A DNA stretch of 61,873 nt, the filler included, from Sphacelaria rigidula (Eukaryota): NCBI GenBank assembly GCA_964200075.2. It is 4 parts of 4 records of this genome, joined end to end, with 100 filler letters (N's around TTAATTAATTAA, not from the genome) between each part and the next. Parts side by side here need not be neighbours in the genome. Positions count along the whole stretch, not along the records: positions 30,995 to 46,385 come from CAXNAA020001770.1; positions 46,486 to 61,873 come from CAXNAA020001771.1; 2 more parts are not named here. One strand, written 5' to 3'. Positions within the stretch are counted from its first letter, which is position 1, and every line of letters begins with the position of its first letter. Of this stretch, positions 45,115-57,540 are shown piece by piece. Made by a program: the position numbers and the translations under genes. A model generated the notes under the pieces. That model was not told the origin of the DNA, did not search any database, and saw nothing but the letters and a program-made list of their open reading frames with translations.

Positions 45115-46385
45115 GGCCACGGTGAGCAAGAGCAGTTTTACTGAGATCCTCTCGTCTCTCGCAGGTACGCTTCCATGGCAATTTACCAATAACTCACCAC
45201 GACAGCAGACAAATAGATGCAGCTCGTTGGCAAGGTTGCTATTGTTGTTACGGAGGGTGAAGGGAAATCGGGAAAACATCTAATGATATATGTTGTGTGT
45301 TCGGGAGGCACAGAACACACGCAGATATCCACAGCGCGGTCTTGCAATAGCTCCAAGGCTCGCCCTGGTTAAGCCGGCAATGTCGGGCCTGGTGTGATCC
45401 GAATCCGTCCGGTACCTCAGGAGCTACGTCAATTGGCGTGCTCTGCTGGGATAGTACAAAGTGCTGCCGTTACACCTTCTGTAGCAGCTGCGTGCCGTGC
45501 TGTACAAATGTATTATCTGCACTGTACTGGACTGTACTATACTGTATTGTTGTACTGTGGCGAGAACAAAAAACACCGCTGTACTTGTTGTACATACTGG
45601 AATGGACGTACACGGCAATTGTCGGCAAATATCTACTGCCGATGCTGTACTTACAGCAAATAAAGGTGTCAGCCAACCACTAGAGTCATCCTTGAGAGCA
45701 GGAACTATCGACCCTGCTACCAGTATTGACCGGGAATCAAACAGCAGTCTGCTGGAGAAGCGCTTGTTGCTGCGTGGGCACCCAAGTCGAAGATTTTTCC
45801 GGGTTGTGCTGCTGAACAGCTCACGTCCAAAGCACTCGTTGTACAGAGGCATTTGCGTCATGCTCTTGAGTTTCTTCCGCGTTTTCATCGTCTTCGACAT
45901 GTCAGGGCAGGGGTCCGAAAAAATGTTTTACGTACGTCGCCAGCACCTTCCGCGATGACTACCGGAAAAGGGTGGCCTCTCGCGTGTGCCAGAAAGTGAT
46001 ATTGGATCAGGTCACCGTCCAGCTCCACAAAACTAGTCTCTATGACATGGGGAAAAGGAATATCTGATTACTGTGCTTCACATTTTCGGTCATAATTTTG
46101 TGCCGTTTTGCACATTTTTCGACCGAGTGCAATGGAGGTGCAATACCGTTAAGCGTACGCGACGTGCGGTGGGAAATCAAGCGTCGACCACGGCAAGCCT
46201 TTTGTCACCTGCAAGTTGTAGCAATAGAATACCATTGCTGTCGCTAGCTCAGGCTTCCCGGCCGATGCCCCTTCTATTTTACGGTCTTCTTCTCTTGTTC
46301 TTACCCAAGTCCTCGCGTACGAGCTGGGCCAGCCCAGAAACGGATTTAACCTGGCAGAGCAATATCTTATCACCGGAAACGAATT
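45115..46385 (+). CDS. Two probable exons of a paralogue of the HELGQP-domain gene, cut by the contig end
   Basis: ~45115-45164 (SKSSFTEILSSLA, phase-1 GT donor) joins 46310-46385 (VLAYELGQPRNGFNLAEQYLITGNE), similar to the exon at 16632-16726. Confidence 0.5.
45305..45915. repeat. Interspersed repeat shared with 61420-61780
   Basis: Collinear blocks GATATCCACAGC, AAGGTGTCAGCCAAC, CCTTGAGAGCA, GACCCTGCTAC, TCGTTGTAC, CCGCGTTTTC. Confidence 0.8.
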
Positions 46386-46485
46386 NNNNNNNNNNNNNNN
46401 NNNNNNNNNNNNNNNNNNNNNNNNNNNNNTTAATTAATTAANNNNNNNNNNNNNNNNNNNNNNNNNNNNNNNNNNNNNNNNNNNN
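46386..46485. other. Artificial contig spacer
   Basis: 100 bp of N with the TTAATTAATTAA linker. Confidence 0.97.
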
Positions 46486-47589
46486 GAGGCAATCGCCGAA
46501 ATATTCACCTGCAAACTCTGCTCCAGTGCACTGTAAGTTGATATCGCTAGAAGGACACTACCATAACCACCTTGCCGGCTGCCAGACTGTCAGGACGTAA
46601 AATCCGCTAGCATTGCTACTGTCTGTACGGGGATGTTACCTCCTGGTCGGGTACATTTTGGAGCATGAAATTAGATGTAGAACATCCTCGTACATGGGAA
46701 CCAAACACTGGGGGTTCTTACTCAAGACCTCGATTTGGAAGATGATACCAGGTAGGCAGCAGCAACTGCTGTGTGTCCAGGTGCCCTTGGAGCAAGATGG
46801 GTTTGGTTTCTGTTTGACGAGGTTATTCCCAAAAAACCGAAATCGATAAGGGTTTACGAGAGGGAAAATCCAGCAAAAAGATGTCGCCAGAATCGAGTCG
46901 CAGAAATCAAGTCGCAGAAATCAAGTAGCAAAAACGGAGTCGCAAGAAAACGGTTAGACCCACTTTCATGGCAACAAATCTCGATTTTTTGGGGGGGGCT
47001 CAATTTTGTGGACTCAAAATCGGGGTGACTGTTTTATGGTACAGAAAATTCGAGTACAGTTTCACAGAATTGTGAGAGGGTTCCGTACTCAGACGATCAT
47101 TTTCTGCATGAGTGTGGTACTGCGTACTCGTGCATAGAGCCCCAGAGCAGGCAGGCAGTAAAAAATCTTTCGAGTACAGTGTCGTACCTTGGTAACCTAG
47201 GGCAATACAGTGCAGGACACTACATCAGTGCAGTATATAATAATGCCGTGTGGTAGTACATGATGGCACAGCCGGTATTGCGAGAACAGGGAACAAACGG
47301 TGCGCGAGCAGAATTCAGTAGTGCAGTGCCGTACATCGCCCCTCAAGTACAGCGACAACAGCTAGGAGAGTACAGTAGCGTTCGTTTTACAGTAGTGATG
47401 CATACGGCAGCGCAGCCCAGCATAAAATATTACCATCACCGCAGGGTACGGCGTCAGCACTTACTATGCACTTGTCAAACCCCGTGCGAAGTTGCTTCAG
47501 CAGCTGGGGCGGGCAGTAGACACGCCCTTTGCTGTCACAAGACTGTCTTTTTCTGTCGTTGCAAAAATATCAAACGCCTCGTACGCTAG

Positions 47590-47770
47590 TACTGTACGTC
47601 AATGTCCGTACGTCACCTAAAACAAATCGAGGCAAATGGTTCCGAGATCGTGACTCCCCGATTTTTTGCCCTCGATTTGGTCGAAATACGTGTCCATAAA
47701 ATGCCTTCCCCGATTTTCCCCCCGATTTTGAAAAAATCGAGTTTCGCGCTCGCCATAAAAGTGGGTCCTG
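47590..47770 (+). repeat. Interspersed repeat end shared with 15632-15860
   Basis: Same motifs as the partner feature at 15632-15860. Confidence 0.75.
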
Positions 47771-49905
47771 GTCGAATTTTTACCCGCAGCAGAAACCAAC
47801 TTCACTTTGTGAAATTGGAATGGACCATGATTCGTACGTGTTTTCTGATCCTGATTCGAGTTACGCAACCTGGAGTGTTCACATCCCGAGTCCATGATCT
47901 GTGCGGTATGATCTTGAGTATACAATTTCATCCGTGATTCGTACCGGATGACTCTTCGGTATATGATTCGCACTCAACGCTCATGGGGAGTCAACCCCTA
48001 TGAACTCTTATTCGTCCGAACCGTGCATATCATGCAATTCTCAATATCGAAGCCCGGACCCCTCCCCTCCGCGGTAGACACATACATGATTACTTTTTGG
48101 TCTTTATGTAGACACTGGCGACCCCTTCGTAGTAACAATTGTTGTTCAATTTTGTGACTGTATACATTGGTCAGAGGTGGGAAAATGCGAGAATAGTTCG
48201 GTTCGGAATTTCTGCTTTGCCGCATATATCCAAGTGGCTAATACACATTAATCGGGAACAGCGGGGGGTGACAGGGCATACTCGAGGAACATAAAAACAT
48301 CAGCACAGGGAGTGAGGTGAGCGCGCTTGTAATAGCTTGGTAGTGTGCATAATGTAAGGGCCGAGAAGTTGCCCAAGCATTCATTTTCAAAACTCCCGTA
48401 CGAGCTGCGGGGTGCTCCGGAGTCAACAAATTTCGAGAGGGTAGGGTCATGAGAACAGCAACACCATGAGTGCAGTTGGTATCGTAACCCCCCCCTCGAG
48501 CTAGCTCCACGTGGCCAAACGCAGTCAGTGTGGCGTGCCAGCCAGCCAATTCAGCGGAACAAGCGGAAGATCGTTGTCTAGTATGTAATAAAGAGGCTGC
48601 CATGAAACACGGTCGTGCTTTATGCATGTTTAGACTGATATCAGTCAAGAAATAGATACACGTTGAGGTTTCTCGGCTTCGGAAGATGCTCCATCTCGTT
48701 GTTTGAGCCGCGTTCACATCAAGGCAGCATGTGCACGAATTATTCCAGTTTGTCTCTTATCTTTGTAGTTTTCACGACATCGATTACTTTCATTCCCGTA
48801 TTTGTAGCGAGAAATATTGGTAGCGCCGGCCGTGTCCAGACAGGCGAACAACCAGTGGCGGAACACGGGCGGGACACATGAATGACGCGGAGAGCACGAA
48901 AGTCGCACTAGCAAGCGCAATCTCTATGCGTTTTGTTCTGCTTCAATGAAAATGACCAAAAACCATGTATCGTCCTAATATATACACAACAGAGACGAGG
49001 CAGGCAGTGGTACATGGACGTAGCAAAGCATGAACTAAATATGCAGTATCCGTATACTGTAGTGCCGAAGCACACTCAATGAACGAAGCCAGTAAAGGAG
49101 AGACACCGCGGTGACCACGCAATTCCTCACACACTGGAGCCCCGAAGCAGGCAGCGGCGTACCGACGTAACCCAATAAAAAAGAGTGAAGGATACAAAAG
49201 GACACCCGAACGGTAAGGAACAAAATTGGAGAACTACACGGTGAAGGCATTGGCCCGCGGATAAGGAGACGGAGAAAAAGCAACAAACGCTAAACCTGGC
49301 AAAAAAATGTACGCGGGGGGGGGAGATATGGAGGGGATGTACAAGAAGTATGCCCAGACGATCCGAGGCGGCGATGCACGAACCGAGGCAGCGATCCGTG
49401 ATCGGACGCGGTGGTTGTAGAACGGATGGTGTGGGGTAGTGTTGCTGCCGTCGAGAAGGTATATGTCGACGAGATGCAGTGGGCAGAGGATGGAATCCTG
49501 TAGTAGGATGCAGTGTGCAGTCGAAACGAGAAAGCGGTGTGCGCATGAATCAAGATATTAGCGACCATCAGAAATGTTGCCAGTGATGAAAACAGGAGAA
49601 AGGTAACCAAACATTGGTGTTCACCTCAAAGACAGGACGAGCACCTTTGTACTATACAGAAAAAAACTCGGGACGGTGAAAGACGGCGTACATGAACGAT
49701 GTCATAGGAGACAGCATGTAATAATACATGGGCATACAGAGAAAAGTGCAGCACGGAAAATAGAGACAAAAGTGTGAATTGCGCAGGCGACGTGAGAAAA
49801 TGGTAGGAATAGGGTAACGACAAGAAGGTAGCAAGTGGACACCAGGTGGAGACACGGAGCGTTTCTCAACTGCAAATGATATTGCGCTCTCTCATGAAAC
49901 ATGAA

Positions 49906-51365
49906 GGGCAATATACAAAAAGGGGTAAACACTAATATTTTTGGGACAAAAAAGGGTACCAAAATGTTCGGTTTGGGGCGCGGCGCTGCACGCGGACTGA
50001 ACACCTCGAAAACACGTTCCAACGCCTCGGCCCCACGCCCAAGGTGCCTGGGCAGCATGCCCGACCATTTTCTTCAACTCGCGGTATTCGGCTTCACTAC
50101 GGCGCGGAAAAGGAGAGGCTGTTAGAGTACCCTTCTTGTCGACAAACCAGGAGGGTACACACTACTCTATGCTAAAAATGTATCTCAAACACTTATTTGC
50201 TCACGTGTGTACCCTTTCATGCTCAAGTGCACAGCCTTCGTTGTGAGGTGGTGAGCGTGCCCCACGCTCAAGGTACTCGAGCAGCATGCCCGATCATTTT
50301 TTTTTTCCCAACACGTAGTATTGGGCTTCGCTACGGCGCGGAAAAGGAGAGGCTGTTATAGTACCCTTTTTTGCCGACAAACCAGGAAGGTACGCTTCAC
50401 TCTCTGCTGAAAAATTATTCGAAGTCCTTTTCTTCTCACGTGTGTACCGTTTCATGCTCATGTGTATACCCTTCTTTGTGAGGTGGTGGACGTACCGATG
50501 GCTGCGCAGAAGATACGCCAAACAGCCAAATACAACCACACCCATTTTTTATGAAATTAAACCCCGCCAATAAGGCCGAAACCCACGACCAATAAATTGT
50601 GTTCCCCTGCTGATTGGCTCGCAGACCCGGAACATCTGACGATTCATCCAGGGCGTGAACACTTGTACGCCGGAGGTCACAAAGATCCAACGAACATGTG
50701 AGGGAAGTCTCGGAGGCACACATACACCCGAACGGCATCATGTGGCGTCACCATGTGGAACATCACACCGTTGTGGCATATGCAATAATTTGCCTTCCAC
50801 ACACGCTCGTTGGATCTTCGCGATCTCCAGCACACAAGCGTTGGCGCCTTGGATGAACCGTTGGATCTTCCGGGTCTCCAGGCCAACCAGCAGGGGGATA
50901 CAATTTCTTGGTCGTTGGGTTTCGGCCTTTTTGGCGGGGTGTAGTTTCACAAAAAATGGGGATGTTTACATGTGACTGTTCGGCGTATCTTCTGCGGAGC
51001 CAGCGATACGTCCACCACCTAACAAAGAAGGGTATGCACATGAGCATGAAACGGTACACACGTGAGAAAAAGAGGGCTTTGGATAATTTTTCAGCATAGA
51101 GTAGTGTGTACCCTCCTGTTTTTGTCGGCAAAAAAGGGTACTCTAACAGCCTCTCCTTTTCTGCGCCGTGGTGAATCCTAATACCACGTGTTGGAAAAAA
51201 AAATGGTCGGGCACCCTACCCAGGCACCGTGGGCATGGGGCTGAGGCGCTGGAGCGTGTTTTCGAGGCGTTTAGTCCGCGTGCAGCGCCGCGCCCCACAC
51301 CGAAAAACACGGTACCCCTTTTTGTCCCAGAATCATGAGGATGTACCCTTTTTTGTATGTGGCCC
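49906..51365. mobile_element. Non-autonomous Mutator-like/foldback DNA transposon, 1460 bp
   Basis: Termini GGGCAATATACAAAAAGGGGTA / TACCCTTTTTTGTATGTGGCCC; perfect 9-bp TSD AAACATGAA (49897-49905, 51366-51374); inverted arms meet near 50750. Confidence 0.9.
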
Positions 51366-51699
51366 AAACATGAATAAATGGTGAAATGAAAATATAGGAT
51401 GCACTGTCGTGCATCACACCATGAGACAATATCCCGACATATCGTGTGAGCTATATACAGCACAGTGCTTCTTTCCTTCGCCATGCTTTTTCCTCTCCCC
51501 ATTCCTCGTGATGACTCTACAGTCTCAAATAGTCAACCCGTATATCTCTCCCGCAGGACGTACCTGGCATGTTAAAATCAAGGATTATGTCAGCACTCCC
51601 ATACCCCCCGGCAACTCTCATCAAACGTTCGTGATACTCCGATACTCACCTCCTCACGTTTTCAACAACGGAAATCATATGCTTCCTTCAACAGAAAGA

Positions 51700-51785
51700 A
51701 ACACACTTTCCGAGATTCGAACACTCAACTTTCGGCTCTAACCGGGGATAGATACACGACACCACTTAGACCAACGGGGCGCCGC
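51700..51785 (-). mobile_element. tRNA-derived SINE head
   Basis: GCCCCGTTGGTCTAAGTGG (A box) ... GTTCGAATC (B box), without cloverleaf pairing. Confidence 0.6.
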
Positions 51786-54176
51786 GATGAGGTCAAAACA
51801 GGATACCACATGTTGCGCAAGACACCCCACTGCACAGTGCTGACAGAAGTACATTCACCGCTAAGGATTCGCGGTCCAAATACTCAACGAAAACATCCTA
51901 CATCCCATTGACCTGGAAACTCATGTAAAATAAGTAAAACACGTGAAATATGGAAGAGGGTTAGAGCTTAATATTTCCGAAATAAGGAGCTACGCTGTAC
52001 ACCTAAACATCTTACGGTAGTTGTGCAGCACAACAGGAGCGCGTCTTTTCATAGTGGAGGGACCGAAGCACTTTTGCTGGTCGACATTGTCGGAGTCGGA
52101 TGAGGTCATCTATACCCTGCCAATTTCGAGGAATATCACATGGGCAGCGGCTGCGCACTCCGCAGATACCCCGGAGGTAGCGTCAATTTTTTCGGGCAGC
52201 AAGGTTAGCTTGTTGCATTGCGTGCGCTTGCCTTTGTTGCCTTCGTCGACAGGAGGCATCAAGCAGTCGTTCCTGTCGGCGTGGAAGGACAATGGCGGCG
52301 CAGACTTCCCGTTCGTTACTGTGTGGGGAAGGAGAACGTAGCAAGTACAGGGAGGGCGGTTTATTGGGAGAAGGATGAACGATAAGAGCGTCGATGCTCA
52401 AACTGAGATGGTGCTATCGTGAGAGCTCCCTTTGACCGTCCATACTTTCTGTGTCTACGTTTTGTCCATCGACAGTCCCGCGGCTTTGTGAAGGGTGGTT
52501 TTCGCAGACGTAGATGGACTAAGAGAACATGGGCGCTCACCACGAGTGTTGCAAATGACGATGTTCTAGCCAGTACGCGTGCAGCAGCCTTTTGTACTGT
52601 ACGCATACAATTAAATAGCTTTACACTCAGTTCAACATTTATATATAACCATGATACAAAATGCACCGCAAAGGGTTGAAATGTGCAGAATTGCGATCAT
52701 GTTTCGAGTATCTCTATCCTCTCGGTCGGTCACGCAAGTTTTGGAGTGTCTCATCCTCTGTGTTCTTCTTGCCAGCGGCCTATGGTTAGAACTGTCGTGT
52801 GCAAAGTGTACTACACAGTGCCGATGCCAACCACAAAGCCCGTTTAGTGCATCTCACCTGTGGACGGTTCACGCTGCATAGTTGGCGATACTAGCGACGC
52901 TGCACAGTTGGCGAAACTAGCGATACTAGCGTGGTCTTGAAGGACTTCTTCCACCGTCGCAAGGTATGACGTACCGTAACCCGATCATCGAACGTGCGAC
53001 GGGGTTACGGTGCGTAATGCTCAGCACGACCGGTTCTCCCTCCACGCATACACGATCGAAAAATCGACAGCATCGGCGCCGCTGCGGTCGGAGACGCTTT
53101 TCGGCTACAAGGTCATCGCACAACTTCATGGAAGATAAGGCCGTTCCCACCACACGACCATGTGTCCAATGGAGCCAGTGCCGAATTTGTCTTCGGTCAG
53201 CAATTACCCACCCAGCCCATGGGATCGCTATATAACATTGATGCCCTCATACTTTAGAGAGTATTTCACATCGTCCTACATGCTTTGCTCGATCAAAGTG
53301 CGTATCGCCGTGAAATTCGAGTCCGCCGCCCGCTAACTTTTCGCTGGAATCCACAGTGATTGTCATGTTGAGATCAGTAGGGTCTTGCCGCTCCTCGCCT
53401 GCGCTTGATGTAACCACTCTCCATAAGCCAACAAATCTACGTAGAACCCATGCCCCTGCAGCCTTTTCGTAGTTTTTCAGTCAGCCGTATCACACGCATG
53501 GTCCTGGTTTCCACGCCATTGTAGTCGCTGCTTTTGTACCCCGTCGCTGCGGTTTAACCGCATAGGTTGCACCCACGAATCGTGAACGCGTGGGATGGGC
53601 TGCTGTCTTCGTGTGCTGTTGTTGTCAAGTCTACGGGTTCTGTTGTAAACATGCTCATGGTAGCTTGTGGTGGCTTGACGTTACAACTTGATGCTGCGCC
53701 ACTTTCTGATTGGGATTAGCCAACCTCGATGTTGCCTCATGCCGGTGGGATCTTACGGGAACGGAACCCGTGTACTACGGACAGCAAGCTACCACCCGGG
53801 CTTTCTCAGCACCACCAGCTTCCCTTGGAGAAACACGGTTTGTAAAATCAAACCAGCTCACCGCCGCAGTTCCAGCGAATTCCAACGCACATATCTTGGT
53901 CACCCCATCAACTTCGGTTTCGTTGTGTTTATTTGACGACACAAATCTTTGCCTTGACACGTGGTATTCATATAGAAAGTACGGTACAGATGGTGAGACA
54001 TACAACGGCGAGCCAGCACCTACTTCAGTATCCTTCTTCCTGCTCTGAAGGCAACAGGTCTCTCTTCGGGCATCAGGACGTGTAAAATCAAATCAACTCA
54101 CGGTCGCAGTTCCAGCTTCTTAGCGCCATTAACATCAAAGCTATTGTATCTCTACCAACTGAGCTTTCAGGATATA

Positions 54177-54178
<2 letters not shown>

Positions 54179-54208
<30 letters not shown>
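54179..54208. repeat. (TG)n microsatellite
   Basis: Read directly from the sequence. Confidence 0.95.
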
Positions 54209-54210
<2 letters not shown>

Positions 54211-56059
54211 GGGCATGTGTGCTCAGGTAGTTAATGGTCATTGACCGACGTGTCCCATGCACGCTGTATAGTAGAGTACGGGGGGCCCAGTCTCGCTTTT
54301 TTTCGGCACGTGGTTTTCTGGGATTGCACGCGAATCTTGTCAGAACAATGTTGGACTTTCCTCGCCCTTCTGCTGGCAAGGGCACGCAGCGAGTAAACAC
54401 GCTGCGACGGAAATCACCGCACCCACAGCATTGATCTCCACCCGCGTATTCACAGGTCACAAGGCAGCGCACAATCGTGGTGCATCTTCTTTCGGGGAAA
54501 ACTGCGTGTCTATCCACACTTCGCGGCTAACTGCGTTGACACCCACCTTGTATGGTACGAATTTTTGGGGGGATATTTCGGTGATGCATGTTGATTCGTA
54601 GGGCTCCTGCCGTCGAGATAAAAGACAACCCTGCAGCGACATAGTAATTAGTACAAGCGTCACGTCATGTGACATTCGACGGGTGATGAGCACCTCCATT
54701 GCACAGTCCATTTAAAACGACAAAAAAAATAGTTCCGACTGGGGAGACGTTTTTATGGTACGAGAAATCGGCGAATGTGAAAACACGCTGAAACCAAGTG
54801 ATGAGTGCTTTTTAGGGTGCATTTTCGTTGGTGTCTAGCTCACAGCTCGACACAGAGAGCCAGCCTCAAAGGTGCAAATTGACTATGCTGTTGCTTCCCT
54901 GGGGATGTTAGGAATACAACGTACCCACTTTGACTTTTCGAACAACGTACATGAGCTAAGAAATCGAGGTTGGAATTGTGAGATTTTTTCCCGTTTTCGT
55001 GAGGGACTCGGTAGGATTGGATCCACTTTTGGCCGGGGATAAAAAAGTATATAAAAGAACACATTGCGAAATATCCGTGGTGAAAACTGACTGCTCCAAA
55101 ACCAAGAGTGCGCGTTGAGCACAACCAGCCTTGATGGAATATTTTCATCACTATACAGGCTGGGCCGCCCAAGAAGCTCACCTTCCTTCAGCCCGTTCTA
55201 ACTGACGATGTATCGCGAGTTGTGCCCACTATGACACATCGTGGTAATCGGCAAATCAGCNNNNNNNNNNTGCGTCTTCAAATCCATGTAGCACTGCGAT
55301 CCCATAAGGTCTCATCAAACGAAATACCAAACTGTAATCAAGTGCATCACTATGTCAGCTCTTCTTGCATGCTTGCTAGCCCTTTCCCTCGCTAGTACAC
55401 GTGTTGCTTTCGTTGTGCAAAAAAAGAGTGAATCTATGTGGGCTCATGCGCTATTCCGTGTAGATTCGCCGGCCGCCAAGTAGGTCTCAGAAGAGGTAGA
55501 TTAACAAGCATTACCTTTTCTGTATGAAAACGACATGATTAACTCGAAGAACCTACTTGGCTGACTTCCGATGTGCTCTTAATGGTTTGTGTACACACGG
55601 TTTACAGCAATCGTAGCACCTGGGCAGACGCTTTTGCTTTTGGGCAGTTCATCCCGTGACGCTCCTTGTCCGTTATCCGCGGCTGGTGAGAAATGTGCCC
55701 ATGGGATTGGTCGAGTCTCAACTAAACAACGATGAAAATGATATACTGCCTCTATATCCGCACGCGGTTACTCCAGCCGACGTAGTGAAAGGGTTAAACA
55801 ACTTTATTGTCTTCCAGATTGCCGTTGGGGGTATGTAACGAAGAAGCGGACTATTCAAGATACTGACCTCCTTGTCTTTTTCTCACACATTGAATCCCTC
55901 CCCTTCTGCGGGACGAGTCCATCTCTCCCCGGTGCACACCTTGCATTTTGGACTCGTGAATTGGGTTAGCACTCCCCCACCGCGTCAGCTTTCCTGTAAT
56001 GAGCTCAGTCAACTCCTTTTTTTTTCTACTCACGCCCTCACGCTTTCGACTGTGGAACC

Positions 56060-56160
56060 AGAAAAATCGAAGACAAAAAACAACGCATCTGGGGGGCATC
56101 GAACCCACGTTCTCTCCACCCTAATGGTGACAGTCGAGCAAATAGAACGACCGGGGCGAG
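56060..56160 (-). mobile_element. tRNA-derived SINE head related to 40860-40930
   Basis: GCCCCGGTCGTTCTA...CCATTAGG...GGGTTCGATGCC then AGATGCG, as in the 40860 copy. Confidence 0.55.
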
Positions 56161-56905
56161 GCGCTGCCTGTGCGAGGTTGTTGAAGAACCTGGCATGAAG
56201 AACCCTCGTGCGGCATAGGGCATCATACGCTTCAGAGAGAGCTGCGGTGATGTATGGGACAGCCAGTTGTCAGCCCACTGCAATGTTTTGCAGGTACATG
56301 GCAGTCCAGTACCCCGACTGACATAAAGTTGTCTTGTCAGTACCCGTTGTTCTTAGGTATTCTTGACGACGATATCTGTATCTTTGCAAACTTGTCCAAC
56401 TTTAGAATCGCCCTCACGAATCAGGGCCCATAAATTCGACGCAGACCAGCTGACTATGACGAAATCCTTGCCATGGCCAAAGGCAAAAGCAACTTGGGAG
56501 AGCTGCGAGCAAAGTACTCAGGCAGTTGCAGCAAAGAGAAGTCCCCTGAATATCTGATATTGTAAGCGCCGTATCAAGTGTAGGTCTCTACTGCTCTTGG
56601 TAACCGCATCAAAACACTCACGTTTTTTTGCTGATTTCCCATGTCGACGTCTTCCATCTTCCTTTGAAGGACTGTTTTCATCTGAGGACATGTAGATGGT
56701 ACTTGGCACGTGCGGGCCCTTGGAGATACAACAACAAATGCAGAGCTAGCTGTACGGAATTATTATTTTCTAGTGCGAATTTTGGCCCTGTCATTCAGAC
56801 CGGCGGTGGACAGATTCGTGAAGGTCAACGCGGTAGACAGACTCACTGCCTGGCGCGTGGCACGCGACTTTTGCACGACAGCGCTTTGCAAACACGAAGG
56901 GCACA

Positions 56906-57144
56906 ATGCCTGTAAGCCCGGAGGATGCTGGAGCGGAAGTGCAGCGCTTCATCGTAGGCCTGAACGCCTCAAAACATAGTGCACGAGAGAAAGCCATTAG
57001 ATCGTTCAAGGTGTTCGTTGAAAAACAGGGGATGGAGTTCTACGATGATGATGTCGACTCCCTCCTTCTGGGCGATGGATACACGCTTGGACTCATGCAG
57101 TGGTGTGGAGAAAGCTCCACAGGGACACAGGGAGCACTCAAAAG
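56906..57144 (+). CDS. Probable first exon of an uncharacterised helical (HEAT/ARM-like?) protein
   Basis: ATG, then amphipathic EVQRFIVGLNASKHSAREKAIRSFKVFVE...DVDSLLLG, ending at an AG|GTGGGG donor. Downstream exons are uncertain (possibly 61121-61243). Confidence 0.5.
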
Positions 57145-57540
57145 GTGGGGGAAGTTATGATGTAGATCAGCGATTGACCGTTTAGATGCGCAATCTATAT
57201 CAAGTACAGTAACCGTGCTACACTCACGTCTGTCTCTACTGCTGTGTACATCTCTGTTTCGCATTGATTCCTCTCTGCCCTTCGAATACACGAAGCAAGC
57301 AGGCATCACTTGCCCCTGAATCGATCTGGGTTTGATGTCCTCTAACGCCACAATAGTCGGTGGAATATGTTGTAGAGTGCTGCACCGTCATTGAAGTGCG
57401 GTACATATCCAGTACCGTATGGTACGCGTGCTTTGTATACCACCCCCCTTGTAACAAGTTGATTGTTTACAAAATGGCAACTTTTGCTTCAGCTTCGACT
57501 AGTCTTGCAGTGGCAATACAGGCCGGGCCGCCAGAGACGC

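Noticed and set aside
51700-51785. tRNA genes here and at 40860-40930 and 56090-56160
   Set aside because: A and B boxes are present but the acceptor and anticodon stems do not pair; these are better explained as SINE heads.
52920-53420. Possible 2OG-Fe(II) oxygenase-like fragment (LAGGGLEFHG) on the minus strand
   Set aside because: A single short motif, an in-frame stop and no HxD...H set; unsupported.
53800-54120. Short direct repeat TGTAAAATCAAA.CA.CTCAC...CGCAGTTCCAGC (two copies)
   Set aside because: Only two short diverged copies with no further structure; an ordinary local duplication.
56165-56690. Small minus-strand gene starting MSSDENSPSKEDG
   Set aside because: Candidate exons look protein-like, but I could not join them into a stop-free model.
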